64,000 nt of DNA. Source: Candidatus Latescibacterota bacterium (lineage in GTDB: Bacteria; Latescibacterota; UBA2968; UBA8231). The stretch spans positions 32,001 through 96,000 of the forward strand of contig OZ241362.1 of assembly GCA_965200315.1 (NCBI GenBank). The letters run 5' to 3'. Shown piece after piece: positions 18,599-29,017 of this stretch (position 1 is its first letter; each line of letters begins with the position of its first letter). The notes under the pieces were generated by a model. That model ran no database searches and was not told the DNA's origin. It worked only from the letters and a program-made list of their open reading frames with translations. The position numbers and the translations under genes are program-made.

Positions 18599-18723
18599 TC
18601 AAGGCACAAACACTTTCAGGACGATATTAAGTAAAGCCAAAATCGCCGTCAGGTCTTAAAACTACCCTTGACTTCAGCTACATCTGCCTTCGTAGCCAAG
18701 TGCTCATAGGCTCCTTCAAGCCG
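18599..18723 (-). pseudogene. Remnant of a small coiled-coil/membrane-anchored protein
   Basis: Manual translation RLEGAYEHLATKADVAEVKG, then after a frame change TAILALLNIVLKVFVP*; LATKAD is typical of DUF1640-like proteins. Confidence 0.35.
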
Positions 18724-18736
18724 AGGTTGCGCTACT

Positions 18737-20782
18737 TCAGTTGGGCCGCTCGCCTCGGCGCAAGGCTACGGACAGCGGCTGGGTCCCGGCCTTGTTGGGC
18801 TTTGACACCTTGCCAGTGCGAGGATCCACACTGTAGATCTGCACATCCTCAGGCACGTCAAAATCCTTTTCCGCCCGCTCCTCGTTTACCGCAATCATAA
18901 AATCCGTCCATATAGGCGCGGCACCGTTGCCGCCGGCAATCTGCTCCCCAAGCGTATCCACCAGCTTGTGGGTGCGGCGGTCGTCGAATCCCACCCAGAC
19001 GCTGGTGATTAAGTCCGGTGTGAAGCCAGTAAACCAAGCGTCGGTATTGTCGTTGGTCGTGCCGGTCTTGCCGGCGGCCGGCCGCGTAAAGCCGAGCTTG
19101 CGCACTTGGCGGCCGGTGCCGCGGTCCACGTCCACGGTCTGGCGCAAGAGGTGGACCATCTGCGCGGCGAGGTCGGGCGCGATAGCTTGGCGGATCTGCG
19201 GCTGGTGGGTAAAAATCTGCTGGCCGTCGGCATCGACGATCCGCTCTATCAAGGTCGGCTCAACCTGCAAGCCATAGTTGGCGAAAGTGCCGTACGCCGC
19301 CGCCATTTCCAATACCGAGACTTCGGCGACGCCCAAGGCAATGCTCCTATAGGCCTGTATGGGCCCCGCAAAACCCAAGCGGTGGGCCATCTCGACAACG
19401 CGCTTCGGACCAACGCGCTCGGAGATTTGTACGGTCGTGGAGTTGGCCGAGCGGACCAAGGCCCACGCCGCAGTCGTCCGCCCCAAGTAGCGGCCGCCGT
19501 AGTTGCGCGGTTGCCACTTTTTCCCGTTGACGATATAGGTGCGCCGCTGGTCGTCAAAGATGGTTACGGGGCTTATTTTGCCGGCTTCCAAAGCGGCTAG
19601 GTAAGCGATCGGCTTAAAGCCCGAGCCGGGCTGGCGACGGGCGGTGAGGGCCCGGTTGTAGTAGCTGATGAAAATATCCCGGCCGCCAACCATGGCCAGC
19701 ACGTTCCCGGTAGTGGACAGGCACACCAACGCGCCTTGGACGTAGGCCGGGCGCTCTTCCATCCCGGCTTCCGAATAGGGCTTAAACCCTAGCCGCTCGT
19801 CCAATTCGGCCATCCCCTTAGCCACGGCCGCTTCGGCCGCTTCTTGCATTGCAACGTCCAAGGTGGTATAGACCTTCAAGCTCCCGTGGTGCAGGGCCGA
19901 AGGCCCCCACCGGCGGACGACTTCCTCGTTGACGGCTGCGGCCCAATAGGGCATGGGGTTACGGGGTGGATAGACGGGATTGACGAGGTCGTCGGTGTGG
20001 AGGGCGGCGTATTCGCGGCGCGTTTCTCGGTCGAGAAAGCCGCTGGCGACCATGCGGTCGAGTACGTGTTGCAACCGCTCGGTGGCCTGTTGGGGATACC
20101 GCAGGGGATTGTACGCGGTCGGAGCGTTGATTTGGCCGATGAGCATGGCAGCGCGAGGCAGGCTCAGCGAGTCTGGAGTTGTGTTGAAGAAGGTGGCCGC
20201 GGCGGCGTGAATGCCATAGGCATTGGTGCCGTAGAAAACCTCGTTGAGGTACAGCTCTAAGAGGCGACCTTTGTACGCCGGGTAGCCGGCGGCATGGGTG
20301 CCGGGGTACGAGGTGGCAAAAGACCGCTCTAGCTGCACGGCGAGAAGTGCTTCTGAAAGCTTGCGCGTAAAGGTCTTTTGCGGCGAAAAAAACAGGCGCT
20401 TGACGAGCTGTTGGGTCAAGGTACTGCCGCCGCGAATGATGCTGCCGGCTAGCAGGTTGTCGCGCACCGCGCCGACAATGGACAGCAGGTCAAGGCCGCG
20501 GTGGTGGTAAAAGTGCGCGTCCTCAGTGGCGATGAGCGCGTTGGGCACATGGGGGCTGATATGTTCGAGGGGCACCCATTGGCGACTCTGATTGAAGGTG
20601 TAGAAGAGCTCGCCCGAGGCCGCGTAGATTTCCGTGCCAGGGCGAATGCCCAAGTCGTGAGGATCGGTGGGCAGGCTGGGTAAGTTGGGGGTCATGCGCC
20701 AGACGACGTACCCTACGCCTAGCCCGGTTGCCAAGATGAGGAACAGGGCCAAGACCGCGCCGATAAGCAGCGAGCGTCTCAT
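18737..20782 (-). CDS. Class A penicillin-binding protein (PBP1A family)
   Basis: TEDAHFY, GGSTLTQQL, RKLSE transglycosylase motifs; SGFK, SAN and KTGT transpeptidase motifs. Confidence 0.93.
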   Translation of the reverse strand: MRRSLLIGAVLALFLILATGLGVGYVVWRMTPNLPSLPTDPHDLGIRPGTEIYAASGELFYTFNQSRQWVPLEHISPHVPNALIATEDAHFYHHRGLDLLSIVGAVRDNLLAGSIIRGGSTLTQQLVKRLFFSPQKTFTRKLSEALLAVQLERSFATSYPGTHAAGYPAYKGRLLELYLNEVFYGTNAYGIHAAAATFFNTTPDSLSLPRAAMLIGQINAPTAYNPLRYPQQATERLQHVLDRMVASGFLDRETRREYAALHTDDLVNPVYPPRNPMPYWAAAVNEEVVRRWGPSALHHGSLKVYTTLDVAMQEAAEAAVAKGMAELDERLGFKPYSEAGMEERPAYVQGALVCLSTTGNVLAMVGGRDIFISYYNRALTARRQPGSGFKPIAYLAALEAGKISPVTIFDDQRRTYIVNGKKWQPRNYGGRYLGRTTAAWALVRSANSTTVQISERVGPKRVVEMAHRLGFAGPIQAYRSIALGVAEVSVLEMAAAYGTFANYGLQVEPTLIERIVDADGQQIFTHQPQIRQAIAPDLAAQMVHLLRQTVDVDRGTGRQVRKLGFTRPAAGKTGTTNDNTDAWFTGFTPDLITSVWVGFDDRRTHKLVDTLGEQIAGGNGAAPIWTDFMIAVNEERAEKDFDVPEDVQIYSVDPRTGKVSKPNKAGTQPLSVALRRGERPN

Positions 20783-21663
20783 CGCGCCAGCCCAAGGCGT
20801 TGTTGCACGGTCTTGGCCGCCAGCACGAGCGTGGTGGCCTGGTCGCCCGGCACGAGCGCGTACGCGGCGAATTGGTCCCCACTGCGGGTCAGGCGCAGCT
20901 CAAAGCCGTCGGCGCTGTCCCAGGCCTCGAGTAATCGCTCGGTCTCGCTCTGGCGCAGCGAATCGGCCCGGGCTTGTACGATCTGGTCTAAAGCCGCTTT
21001 GATGATCGGCCCGGCATCGCTTTGCGTGGAATCGGGTTCGGCGTACAAAAGTGGTGCTAGGTGCTCGCGCCAGTAAGCCATGTCTTCCTCTTTCATCTTC
21101 AGAAAAGTCCAAGCCTCAGACTCGTCTTTTGCCAGCAGCCGCTTGTGGAGCTGGTGGAAGAGTGCGCCGTCCTCTAAGGCCACTTGCGTCTTGACGAGAG
21201 CGTGGAGATACGAGTGGTCGTCGGGTATGATGGCTTGGGTTAGCAAGTAGCGGCCCTGCTCGTAGATCTGTAGGGAATAGGCCAGCTCGCGCCGGGTCTC
21301 TGGATTGAGGGGATCGGGTTGGAGGGCCGTGTCGCGCCGTGTGACCGCAAAGAATACCGCGTGCGCGCCGTGGTACTGGAGCTGGTAGTGGTTTTGCAAA
21401 ATCGGCAGCGGGGCTTGACTCGGCTCTAGGGGCGCTTCGGCCAGCGAGTCGGATAGGGCCCTGCGGCTCTGCCGACTGGCGAGAATGCCCTCCCACAGCG
21501 CACCTCTTGGCTCGCGCTGTGAGTTTTGCTGCATCAGGTATTGACCGATGTAGCCCGCCACCAATTGGGTTTGATATTCGAGCAAGAACAGCAGGCAAGC
21601 CGCGCCGAAGGGCACCGACGCACACAGGGCAATGCGACCGAGAATACGAAAAAAAGAACGCAT
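20779..21663 (-). CDS. Hypothetical membrane-anchored protein
   Basis: 294-aa ORF with N-terminal hydrophobic segment; 4-bp overlap with the PBP gene. Confidence 0.6.
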   Translation of the reverse strand: MRSFFRILGRIALCASVPFGAACLLFLLEYQTQLVAGYIGQYLMQQNSQREPRGALWEGILASRQSRRALSDSLAEAPLEPSQAPLPILQNHYQLQYHGAHAVFFAVTRRDTALQPDPLNPETRRELAYSLQIYEQGRYLLTQAIIPDDHSYLHALVKTQVALEDGALFHQLHKRLLAKDESEAWTFLKMKEEDMAYWREHLAPLLYAEPDSTQSDAGPIIKAALDQIVQARADSLRQSETERLLEAWDSADGFELRLTRSGDQFAAYALVPGDQATTLVLAAKTVQQRLGLAR

Positions 21664-21776
21664 AGCGACACAATAACTTCGGGGCGGCTGCTTGTCAAAA
21701 GTGCTTGCCCATTTTGGGCGGCTAATGGTACTTTTGACAGAGAGGCGATTAATCTATCTGGGGAGGTAGAAATACT

Positions 21777-22760
21777 ATGAAACGCCTAAAATTTGCATGG
21801 ATTGCCGTCGTTGGGTTGTGGCACTGCGGTGGCGATGGCGAAAAGGGCACCAGTCCCGTCGCGACCGTTGATCCTCCGCAGGGGCCGCATGCGCTAAGCG
21901 TGGAGCGCATCGGCGACGGCGAGGTATGGCTCAATTGGCAGGCTGCCGAGGGTGCAGGCGAGGTGCTCTACGTCGTCTATCGCTCGGTAGGAGACGATGC
22001 GGCCGTGGCCATTGACTCCACGTTCCAGACCCGATTCAAGGATCAGGGGCTAGCATACGAGCTGGAGTACACCTATCGAGTAACCGCGCTAAACGGCGGC
22101 GGCGAGAGCGACCCCTCGAATGCCATCAGCGGACAGCCCCTCAACAGCTTGACCCCGCAGATGCCGACTGCGGTGAGCGCCACAGCGCACCACCTCGAAG
22201 TGTTCGGCCAGCTCGACATCGCACTTACTTGGAATGAAAACGCGGAGACCGATCTGATTGGCTACCGGGTCTATCGCTCGATTGAGCAGGGTTTCACCCC
22301 GGCCCTTGAGCATTTGCTCATGCAGGTGTCGGGGCCGGGTTTTACCGACGAGGATGTCGAGGTCGGCACGGTGTACTACTATCGGATTACGGCGATAGAT
22401 CGCGGCGTCAAGGAAAGCAATCCCTCCGCGGAAGTCAGCGATGTCGCGCTGCCCTCGCCGGTGCTGGTGGCCCCGGTTGCCGGGGAAGAGACCGCCGCCC
22501 CGTTGACCTTTACTTGGAGCCGCTTGCCCGAGGCGCGCACATTTCGGGTGATCGTCACCACCTCGCTGACCAGCGGCGAAGTGTCGGACATGCCGCTGAC
22601 TAGCGATACCACGGCCGTATTTACCGGTCGCATTAAGGATGGGCGCTTGGTCGCGCTCGAACCCGGGCAAATGTACTACTGGAAGGTCGTGGCCAGTACG
22701 CACGATGGGGGGATTGAGAATTCGGTGAGTCAGGTTGAGAGTTTTAAAGTGGCTGAGTAG
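21777..22760 (+). CDS. Fibronectin type III repeat lipoprotein
   Basis: Lipobox-like GLWHC; YVVYRS..YTYRVTA..ES.PS and GYRVYRS..YYYRITA FN3 patterns. Confidence 0.8.
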   Translation: MKRLKFAWIAVVGLWHCGGDGEKGTSPVATVDPPQGPHALSVERIGDGEVWLNWQAAEGAGEVLYVVYRSVGDDAAVAIDSTFQTRFKDQGLAYELEYTYRVTALNGGGESDPSNAISGQPLNSLTPQMPTAVSATAHHLEVFGQLDIALTWNENAETDLIGYRVYRSIEQGFTPALEHLLMQVSGPGFTDEDVEVGTVYYYRITAIDRGVKESNPSAEVSDVALPSPVLVAPVAGEETAAPLTFTWSRLPEARTFRVIVTTSLTSGEVSDMPLTSDTTAVFTGRIKDGRLVALEPGQMYYWKVVASTHDGGIENSVSQVESFKVAE

Positions 22761-22763
22761 CTA

Positions 22764-24089
22764 GTGATGGACGCGGATATAGACGCCGGGGCCCGGCGCG
22801 TCGTCGCGACCTTGCGCCGGGCCGGCTTCCAAGCCCTGCTAGCCGGTGGTTGTGTGCGCGACTTGGCGCTGGGGCGCGTGCCCAAGGACTGGGATGTAGC
22901 TACGGATGCCGGGCCAGAAGAGGTGGCTGTGCTCTTTGCACACACGGTGCCGGTAGGCGCGCAATTTGGCATCTCGGTAGTGATGCTCGACGAGGGCGAC
23001 TACGAGGTAGCGCGCTTTCGCCGCGACGGCCCATACCGCGATAGCCGCCATCCCGCATCCATTGCGCCGGCCGACGCCCGCGTCGATGCCGAGCGCCGCG
23101 ACTTTACCATCAACGGCCTGTTCTACGACCCAGAGGGCGGTAAACTGCTCGATTACGTCGGTGGACAGCGCGATCTCCACGACAAGGTCATCCGCGCCAT
23201 TGGCGACCCGGCCGCGCGCTTTGCCGAAGACCATCTGCGCCTGTTGCGGGCCGTGCGCTTTGCGGCCCGGCTCGACTTTGCCATTGAACCCGCGACGTGG
23301 GCCGCGCTCTGCGCCCAGATCGAGTTCATTGCCAGCGTCAGTGCCGAGCGCCTCCGCGACGAGCTAACCCTGCTGTTGACCGATGGTGGGTCTAGGTGCG
23401 GCTTGCGCCTTTTGGACCAGTCGGGCCTGCTGCAAGCCGTGCTGCCGGAAGTCGCGGCCATGCAGGGCGTACCGCAAGACGCTGAATTCCATCCCGAAGG
23501 CGACGTGTGGACCCACGTCCAGCTTCTCTTTGACTATCTCGACGAGCCGTCGGCTGAGCTGGCTTGGAGCGCATTGCTCCACGACATTGGCAAGCCGTCA
23601 ACGATGGTGCGAGCCGAGCGCCTCCGCTTCCACGGCCACGACGCGGTCGGGGCCAAAATGGCGGATGCCATCTGCGGGCGGCTGCGGATGTCCAATGAAG
23701 CGCGGCGGCGCATCTGTGCGCTTGTGGCCGACCACATGCGGATCGGTGACGTGCGCCAGATGCGCCCGAGTACGCTTATGCGCCTGTTGCGCGAGCCGCA
23801 CTTTTCCGAACTGCTCGAATTGCACCGCGCCGATTGCTTGGCCAGCCACGGCAAGCTCGACCTGTACGAGTTTTGCCAAGAGCAGTTGGCCGCTTTGGGT
23901 CAAGAGCAGCTACGTCCACCGGCTTTGCTTACGGGCGACGACTTAATCGCCTTGGGCTTTGCCCCTGGGCCTCTGTTTAGGGAAATTCTCACCGCTGTCG
24001 AGGATGCCCAGTTGGACGGGCGACTCGACAACTACCAATCCGCGCTGCGTTTTGTGCAGCGCAAATTCTGCGCTGAGCCTGCTACTTAG
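22764..24089 (+). CDS. cca: CCA tRNA nucleotidyltransferase with HD domain
   Basis: GGCVRD, KDWDVAT, RRDFTIN, EDHLRLLRAVRF, HPEGDVWTH, LLHDIGK. Confidence 0.88.
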   Translation: MMDADIDAGARRVVATLRRAGFQALLAGGCVRDLALGRVPKDWDVATDAGPEEVAVLFAHTVPVGAQFGISVVMLDEGDYEVARFRRDGPYRDSRHPASIAPADARVDAERRDFTINGLFYDPEGGKLLDYVGGQRDLHDKVIRAIGDPAARFAEDHLRLLRAVRFAARLDFAIEPATWAALCAQIEFIASVSAERLRDELTLLLTDGGSRCGLRLLDQSGLLQAVLPEVAAMQGVPQDAEFHPEGDVWTHVQLLFDYLDEPSAELAWSALLHDIGKPSTMVRAERLRFHGHDAVGAKMADAICGRLRMSNEARRRICALVADHMRIGDVRQMRPSTLMRLLREPHFSELLELHRADCLASHGKLDLYEFCQEQLAALGQEQLRPPALLTGDDLIALGFAPGPLFREILTAVEDAQLDGRLDNYQSALRFVQRKFCAEPAT

Positions 24090-24146
24090 TTGGCGGGCTG
24101 TTGGGTTGGATGGGCGGCTAGACCGAGCGGTTTGTGCAATGTGCGT

Positions 24147-26048
24147 TCAGTCCCGCCCCCGCTTGAGCACCTCTAGTACCGGCTGGTGCCCAGCCGGCGA
24201 CATCAGATACAGCCCGCTCCAGCCGTCGGCGCGGGCTTGACGCACTTGCTTGGCAGCCAATTCGACGCCCGCTTTAGCTTGGTCGGCCGGGTCCGCATAC
24301 GCGGCCAGCTTGGCAAAAACCTCTTGCGGCACCACCACTCCAGGCACCTCGGCAATGCGCCGAGCGTGTTCCAACCCCCGCAGCACCATGACTCCTACAA
24401 TGATCGGCACCTGATCTCGATAAGTGGTCAGGGCCGCTAGGGCCTTGTAGTCAAAGGTCGGCTGGGTCATTACGTAATCGGCACCCGCGTCGATTTTGTG
24501 CGCCAGCCGCTCCCACTCGCGCTGGAGATCGAGGGCTTCTGGCTCGCAGCCTGTGCCAATAGTAAAGTGGGTGCGGGGGTCGCGGTGCGAGCCGAGCGGT
24601 TGGCCGCCAAAGTCCAGTCCTGCATTGAGGAAGGCGTGGGTATAGCCAATGAGGGCGGTGGAGTCGAGATCGAAAACAGCGGTGGAGCGCGGATAGGTCG
24701 GTGCCATTTTTGGGGGATCGCCGGTGATGAAAAGGACGTTGTGAATGCGGTTGGCCCAATAGCCGATGAGCCGGCTTTGCAGCCCCATGGTGTTGAGGTC
24801 GCGGCCGGTGCAATGGGGAATGAGCTCAAGGAGATCGTGCGACCAGTGCAAGCGGCGGCGGATGAGCTGAACGAAGTCGCCCGGCGGCATTAGGGGGATA
24901 CCGCGCGAGCCATCGGTTAAGTCTAGGGCATCGGCCAAGCCCGAGGCGGCCAATTCGGCGACAAAAGCGAGCCGGGCTTTCAGGCCGCCGGTGCCACGCG
25001 GGGGCAGCAACTCGACGCTGACTGCGAATTGGCCGTTGACGATCTTACGCGAGAACGGGCCATTGCGGCGCTTGGCGGCTGCGTCGATTGGTTGCTGGCT
25101 TGGCGTCTTGGCCAAGGGGACGATGCGCTCCCCGGCCGCAAGGCCGTGGAGGTAGTTGTGCATCTCGTGGATGTGGGGGGGATGGACCTCGCAACAGCCG
25201 CCGATGAGGCGCACGCCCTTGTGCGCCATTTCGCGGGCAAAGCGCCCCATGCACTCGGGGTTGACGCCCGTCAGGTAGCGATGGCCCACGCGCCGGAACT
25301 CGCCGCCGTTGGGCATGACCGCGAGTTGGACTTGGCCGTCGCGCACGGATGCACATTCTTGCGCCGCGTCGAGGAAGGCTCGCGCTTCTGCGAGCGCACA
25401 GCAGTTGATGCCAACGACATCTGCGCCCGAAGACGCGGCGGTTTGGACGTATGTTTGGGGGGCTTGCTCCCAAGTGCCATCGCGCTGGTGCAAGGCCATC
25501 TGGACGATGACTGGCGAGGGGTTGTCGAGGTCCTTTAGCAGCTCTAAGAGGGCGGCGACCTGATTGAGGCAAGTAAAAGTCTCCAACAACAGGGCATCGA
25601 CACCGCCCTCGACGAGGGCCTCAATTTGGGCGCGGTACAGGTCGCTGGCCGTGCGCGGGAGTTGGGCCGCAGACAGGGGAGGGCCTAGGGAGCCGAGGAC
25701 GAACAAAGGATCGCTGCACTGGGCTTGGTGGCGGTATTGGTCAATGGCCTCGCGTGCCAAGCGCACGGCCGTCGCGTTGATCTTGGCGATGGACTCAGCG
25801 GAGGGATAGGTCGCGTTGGCGGCAAAGGAATTGCTGGTCAGGCATTGGGCGCCGGCTTGCAGATATTCGAGGTGGATTTGGCGGACGAGTCCTGGGCGGG
25901 CGAGGTTGAAGGCTTCGTAGAGGTGATTTTGCTCGGAGACGCGGCCGGTAAGCGCGAACAGGTAAGAACCTAGGGCACCATCGGCTAGCCAGGGGCGGTG
26001 GTGGAGGGCGGCGAGGAATGGGTGCATGGGGACAGCGGGGTTGTCCAC
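24147..26048 (-). CDS. Bifunctional homocysteine S-methyltransferase / methylenetetrahydrofolate reductase (YitJ-like)
   Basis: LADGALGS, GINC and GGCC Zn ligands; C-terminal MTHFR domain (ITGDPP, KIDAGADYVMTQP). Confidence 0.88.
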   Translation of the reverse strand: MDNPAVPMHPFLAALHHRPWLADGALGSYLFALTGRVSEQNHLYEAFNLARPGLVRQIHLEYLQAGAQCLTSNSFAANATYPSAESIAKINATAVRLAREAIDQYRHQAQCSDPLFVLGSLGPPLSAAQLPRTASDLYRAQIEALVEGGVDALLLETFTCLNQVAALLELLKDLDNPSPVIVQMALHQRDGTWEQAPQTYVQTAASSGADVVGINCCALAEARAFLDAAQECASVRDGQVQLAVMPNGGEFRRVGHRYLTGVNPECMGRFAREMAHKGVRLIGGCCEVHPPHIHEMHNYLHGLAAGERIVPLAKTPSQQPIDAAAKRRNGPFSRKIVNGQFAVSVELLPPRGTGGLKARLAFVAELAASGLADALDLTDGSRGIPLMPPGDFVQLIRRRLHWSHDLLELIPHCTGRDLNTMGLQSRLIGYWANRIHNVLFITGDPPKMAPTYPRSTAVFDLDSTALIGYTHAFLNAGLDFGGQPLGSHRDPRTHFTIGTGCEPEALDLQREWERLAHKIDAGADYVMTQPTFDYKALAALTTYRDQVPIIVGVMVLRGLEHARRIAEVPGVVVPQEVFAKLAAYADPADQAKAGVELAAKQVRQARADGWSGLYLMSPAGHQPVLEVLKRGRD

Positions 26049-26389
26049 TAATGCCCGTGCTCGTCGTCAATGCCAGCGGCGTATTCCGCAGTTTTGGCGT
26101 ATAGTTGCTCCCGGCTGAGCAAGCCCTTGGCAATGATCAACTCTTCAAGCGAAGCGACCCAGCGAGCATAATAGCTCGAGGAGTCGTTATTTTGATCGGC
26201 CGCCGCGATTGTCGCTGCTAATTCCGCTCTGAACTCGCGCCATTCGTAGAGGTCTTTCTGGTTAAGTGCAACCGCAAGGCCCAAGGCGCGTGCTTCCCAG
26301 GGGGCCTGAAAAACCAGCGCGCCATTTTCTCTGGGCAGGGCGATTTGTGCTTCCATTGCGGAGATTGGTCCGTCGGCTTTTTGCGTCAT
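26048..26389 (-). CDS. Nitrile hydratase accessory protein (P14K-like)
   Basis: LPRENGALVFQAPWEARA, YYARWVASLE; follows nthA. Confidence 0.85.
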   Translation of the reverse strand: MTQKADGPISAMEAQIALPRENGALVFQAPWEARALGLAVALNQKDLYEWREFRAELAATIAAADQNNDSSSYYARWVASLEELIIAKGLLSREQLYAKTAEYAAGIDDEHGH

Positions 26390-26396
26390 CGCGGCC

Positions 26397-27005
26397 TCAC
26401 TTGGCAGGAGGTTCAATTTTAGCCACGCCGATCATTGAGTCGCGCGTGACAAGCGACACGAGTTGTTCTTCGGTATGGTCTTCCGTGTTAGCAGGGCGTT
26501 CGGGCAGCACCATGTAGCGGAGATCCGAGTTGCTGTCCCAGACGCGGATTTCGACCGAATCGGGTAGCTCGAGGTCAAATTCCCGCAAGACCGCTCTCGG
26601 CTCCCGCACCACCCAAGAGCGATAGGCGTAGGATTTGTACCAACTCGGCGGCAAGCCGAGTACGGACCAGGGATAACAGGAACAGAGGGTGCAAACGACG
26701 ACGTGGTGGACGCTTGGTGTGTTTTTTAGGACGACGATTTTGCTACCGTGCGCGTCGCCAAAACCGAGTTCGGCAATAGCCGCGGTGCCGTCTTTGAGCA
26801 GCCGTCGCTTATAGTCAGGGTCGCGCCAGGCGCGGGCAACTACTTTGGCACCATTGAGCGGGCCTACGTCTTGTTCGTACTGCTGCACGACTTCGTCTAT
26901 AATCTCGGTTGTCAGCAAGCCCTTTTCGATCAGGAGCGATTCGAGTGCTTTGGTGCGCAGGGCGGCATCTGTCTCGGTTTGGACCGCTTGGCGAAAAGTA
27001 TTCAT
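26397..27005 (-). CDS. nthA: Cobalt-type nitrile hydratase alpha subunit
   Basis: [10 protein letters not shown] metal-binding motif (Thr/Tyr indicates Co type). Confidence 0.96.
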   Translation of the reverse strand: MNTFRQAVQTETDAALRTKALESLLIEKGLLTTEIIDEVVQQYEQDVGPLNGAKVVARAWRDPDYKRRLLKDGTAAIAELGFGDAHGSKIVVLKNTPSVHHVVVCTLCSCYPWSVLGLPPSWYKSYAYRSWVVREPRAVLREFDLELPDSVEIRVWDSNSDLRYMVLPERPANTEDHTEEQLVSLVTRDSMIGVAKIEPPAK

Positions 27006-27035
27006 AACAAAAATCCTTTTGCGATTGGGGATTGG

Positions 27036-27707
27036 TTACGCCGGTTCTAGGTAGCTTTCCCACATATCCAAATAGACGGCACTTTTTGTTTCCGCGGTGC
27101 TACCCCATAGCTCCGCGGCGTCAAAGCGCACGGCATATAGGGGTTGTTGGCGAGTTGCACACCCCGCGGGCAGTTCGGCATCTTGGAGGTTGTAGATGTC
27201 GTAGAAATTGGTGACCGTGCCGTATTTGCCCCGTGCGTAGCGGGGAAGTCGGGTGTGACCTCTGGGGTGGATATTGCGCGACCGCACGCGGTCGCCGGTG
27301 GAAAATTGCGGCTGGATGTCCATTGGCTGCGGAGGTGGATTCGCCGGGCGCGAGCGCTTGAGTTCCGCGCGGACGGAGTCGGGGTCGGGATGCACCGGGG
27401 TTTCGGCGTTGGGATGAGCCCGGAAAAGCGCCATCCGCGTCTCTAACTCTTCTTGGGTTAGCACACCGGCGTCAATCAGCCCTTTGATGCGGGAGTACAG
27501 CCATTTCTCGTAATAGCTGGACGACAGGTAGTGGGCTGGGTCCATGTTTTCGATGTTGTTGCGGGCACCTCCGGGAACCGCTACCGGAGTCGCTACCGCT
27601 ATGGCAAGCACTCGGCCCTCCCAAGGATGGTGGAATAGAGGTTCGTTTTCCTCGCGTATAATGGGGCCAAATCCGTGCATCCCGCCCATGTCGTGAATGC
27701 CGTCCAT
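27036..27707 (-). CDS. nthB: Nitrile hydratase beta subunit
   Basis: MDGIHDMGGMHGFG, HTRLPRYARGK, DMWESYL. Confidence 0.96.
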   Translation of the reverse strand: MDGIHDMGGMHGFGPIIREENEPLFHHPWEGRVLAIAVATPVAVPGGARNNIENMDPAHYLSSSYYEKWLYSRIKGLIDAGVLTQEELETRMALFRAHPNAETPVHPDPDSVRAELKRSRPANPPPQPMDIQPQFSTGDRVRSRNIHPRGHTRLPRYARGKYGTVTNFYDIYNLQDAELPAGCATRQQPLYAVRFDAAELWGSTAETKSAVYLDMWESYLEPA

Positions 27708-27773
27708 AGTTGCTCCTAGGGTTTTTGCACGACCGGTTCGCTGTCGTGGATGGTTGAATTCCGCATGTAATGC

Positions 27774-29012
27774 TCACTTGATCGTTTGCTCAGCCGCGGG
27801 CGGTTCGATCTGGTCCAATAACTGTATGACGTCTTTGGGCTGGACCTTGTTGCGAAAAAAGAAGACCCCGCCGGGCACGTTTTTAAAATCGCCCTCGCTG
27901 ACATTGAGGTTGGACGAGACGGCCACGATCAAATCCCGGCGTTGAGCTTGGCGCAACTTTTCCAGCTTGCGCCGCAGATACTCCGGCCGCCAGTAGCCCA
28001 TGATTTCCAAAAGCGCCGTGCGGCCGTCGGGATGGCGGAAGGTGAAGTCCGGGATCATTACAGTCTCTTTGAGATTGACGACTTCGCTCTCGCGTTCGAG
28101 TTGCCAGGCGGTTTTGGCCTTGGCAAAGCGCGCGGCAAACGTCTCCTCCAATAGCGAGTCGTACAGGGTCTGATCCTTGTAATGCGACACGAGCCCCGAT
28201 TGATCGTCGAGGACGAACTGCTGGCGGCGACCGTCTTTGCGCAAAATGTCGGCCTGCATCGACCAGCGGGTACAAAGCAGCAGAGCCGGGAGGAAAACCG
28301 CCATTTGCAGGCCGTATTTCTGCGAGTGGCGGAACATGCTCACCGGGCCGTCGAGCCCGATCTCGTAGCCGGCATCCACATCGCCTTCGATGGTGTGAAT
28401 TAGTCGATAGAACTTGATGAATTTGAAAAGCTGCTTGTAGCGCACGGGCAGGTTGCGATACACGCTCAGGCGCAAAACCTCGCAGCGGTAGAGCATGGCT
28501 TGGGCTAGTGCCACGTTGTAACGCAGGAGCAACTCGTTGGGCGAGGGCGCGGCAAAGGTCGCAAGCTGGTGGTTTTCGGGCAGGTCGGCGTACAGCCCGG
28601 CGAGCACATCTTCGCGGCTGATTTGGTGTTTGAGGGCGACCTGCTCCAGCACATCCTCGCGTTTGACCGGGTAGATGAGGCTGGTCTCGCGGACGACTGG
28701 ATGATGGGCGCGGGCCAGCGTAAAAACGGCGTGGCGCAATTCTTCGGGGGGCTGGGGACTGGCAACGTGGAATTCGCAGTAGTGGTCGCACAGCAGCTTG
28801 GTTAGGCCGCGCTGGATGCGGTAGTCGGTGCGATCCCCGGCGAGCAAATCGAGGGCTTGCCGTAGTTCCCGCCGGGTTTTGCCCTCGTGTTCGGTGTGGA
28901 CTTCGATGAGTGCTTGGGCTAGGTCGATGAGGGCCGCATCCTCAACGGCGACATAGCGCGGTTCGATATAGGGGCCGTGCGAGCGGGTCAGCAGGAGGTC
29001 CGAGGTCAGCAC
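27774..29012 (-). CDS. DUF790 (Bax1-like) nuclease
   Basis: MLTSDLL, RYNVALAQ, LDGPVSMF, IPDF..LLEIMGYW PD-(D/E)XK-like core. Confidence 0.88.
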   Translation of the reverse strand: MLTSDLLLTRSHGPYIEPRYVAVEDAALIDLAQALIEVHTEHEGKTRRELRQALDLLAGDRTDYRIQRGLTKLLCDHYCEFHVASPQPPEELRHAVFTLARAHHPVVRETSLIYPVKREDVLEQVALKHQISREDVLAGLYADLPENHQLATFAAPSPNELLLRYNVALAQAMLYRCEVLRLSVYRNLPVRYKQLFKFIKFYRLIHTIEGDVDAGYEIGLDGPVSMFRHSQKYGLQMAVFLPALLLCTRWSMQADILRKDGRRQQFVLDDQSGLVSHYKDQTLYDSLLEETFAARFAKAKTAWQLERESEVVNLKETVMIPDFTFRHPDGRTALLEIMGYWRPEYLRRKLEKLRQAQRRDLIVAVSSNLNVSEGDFKNVPGGVFFFRNKVQPKDVIQLLDQIEPPAAEQTIK

Positions 29013-29017
29013 GGTGC

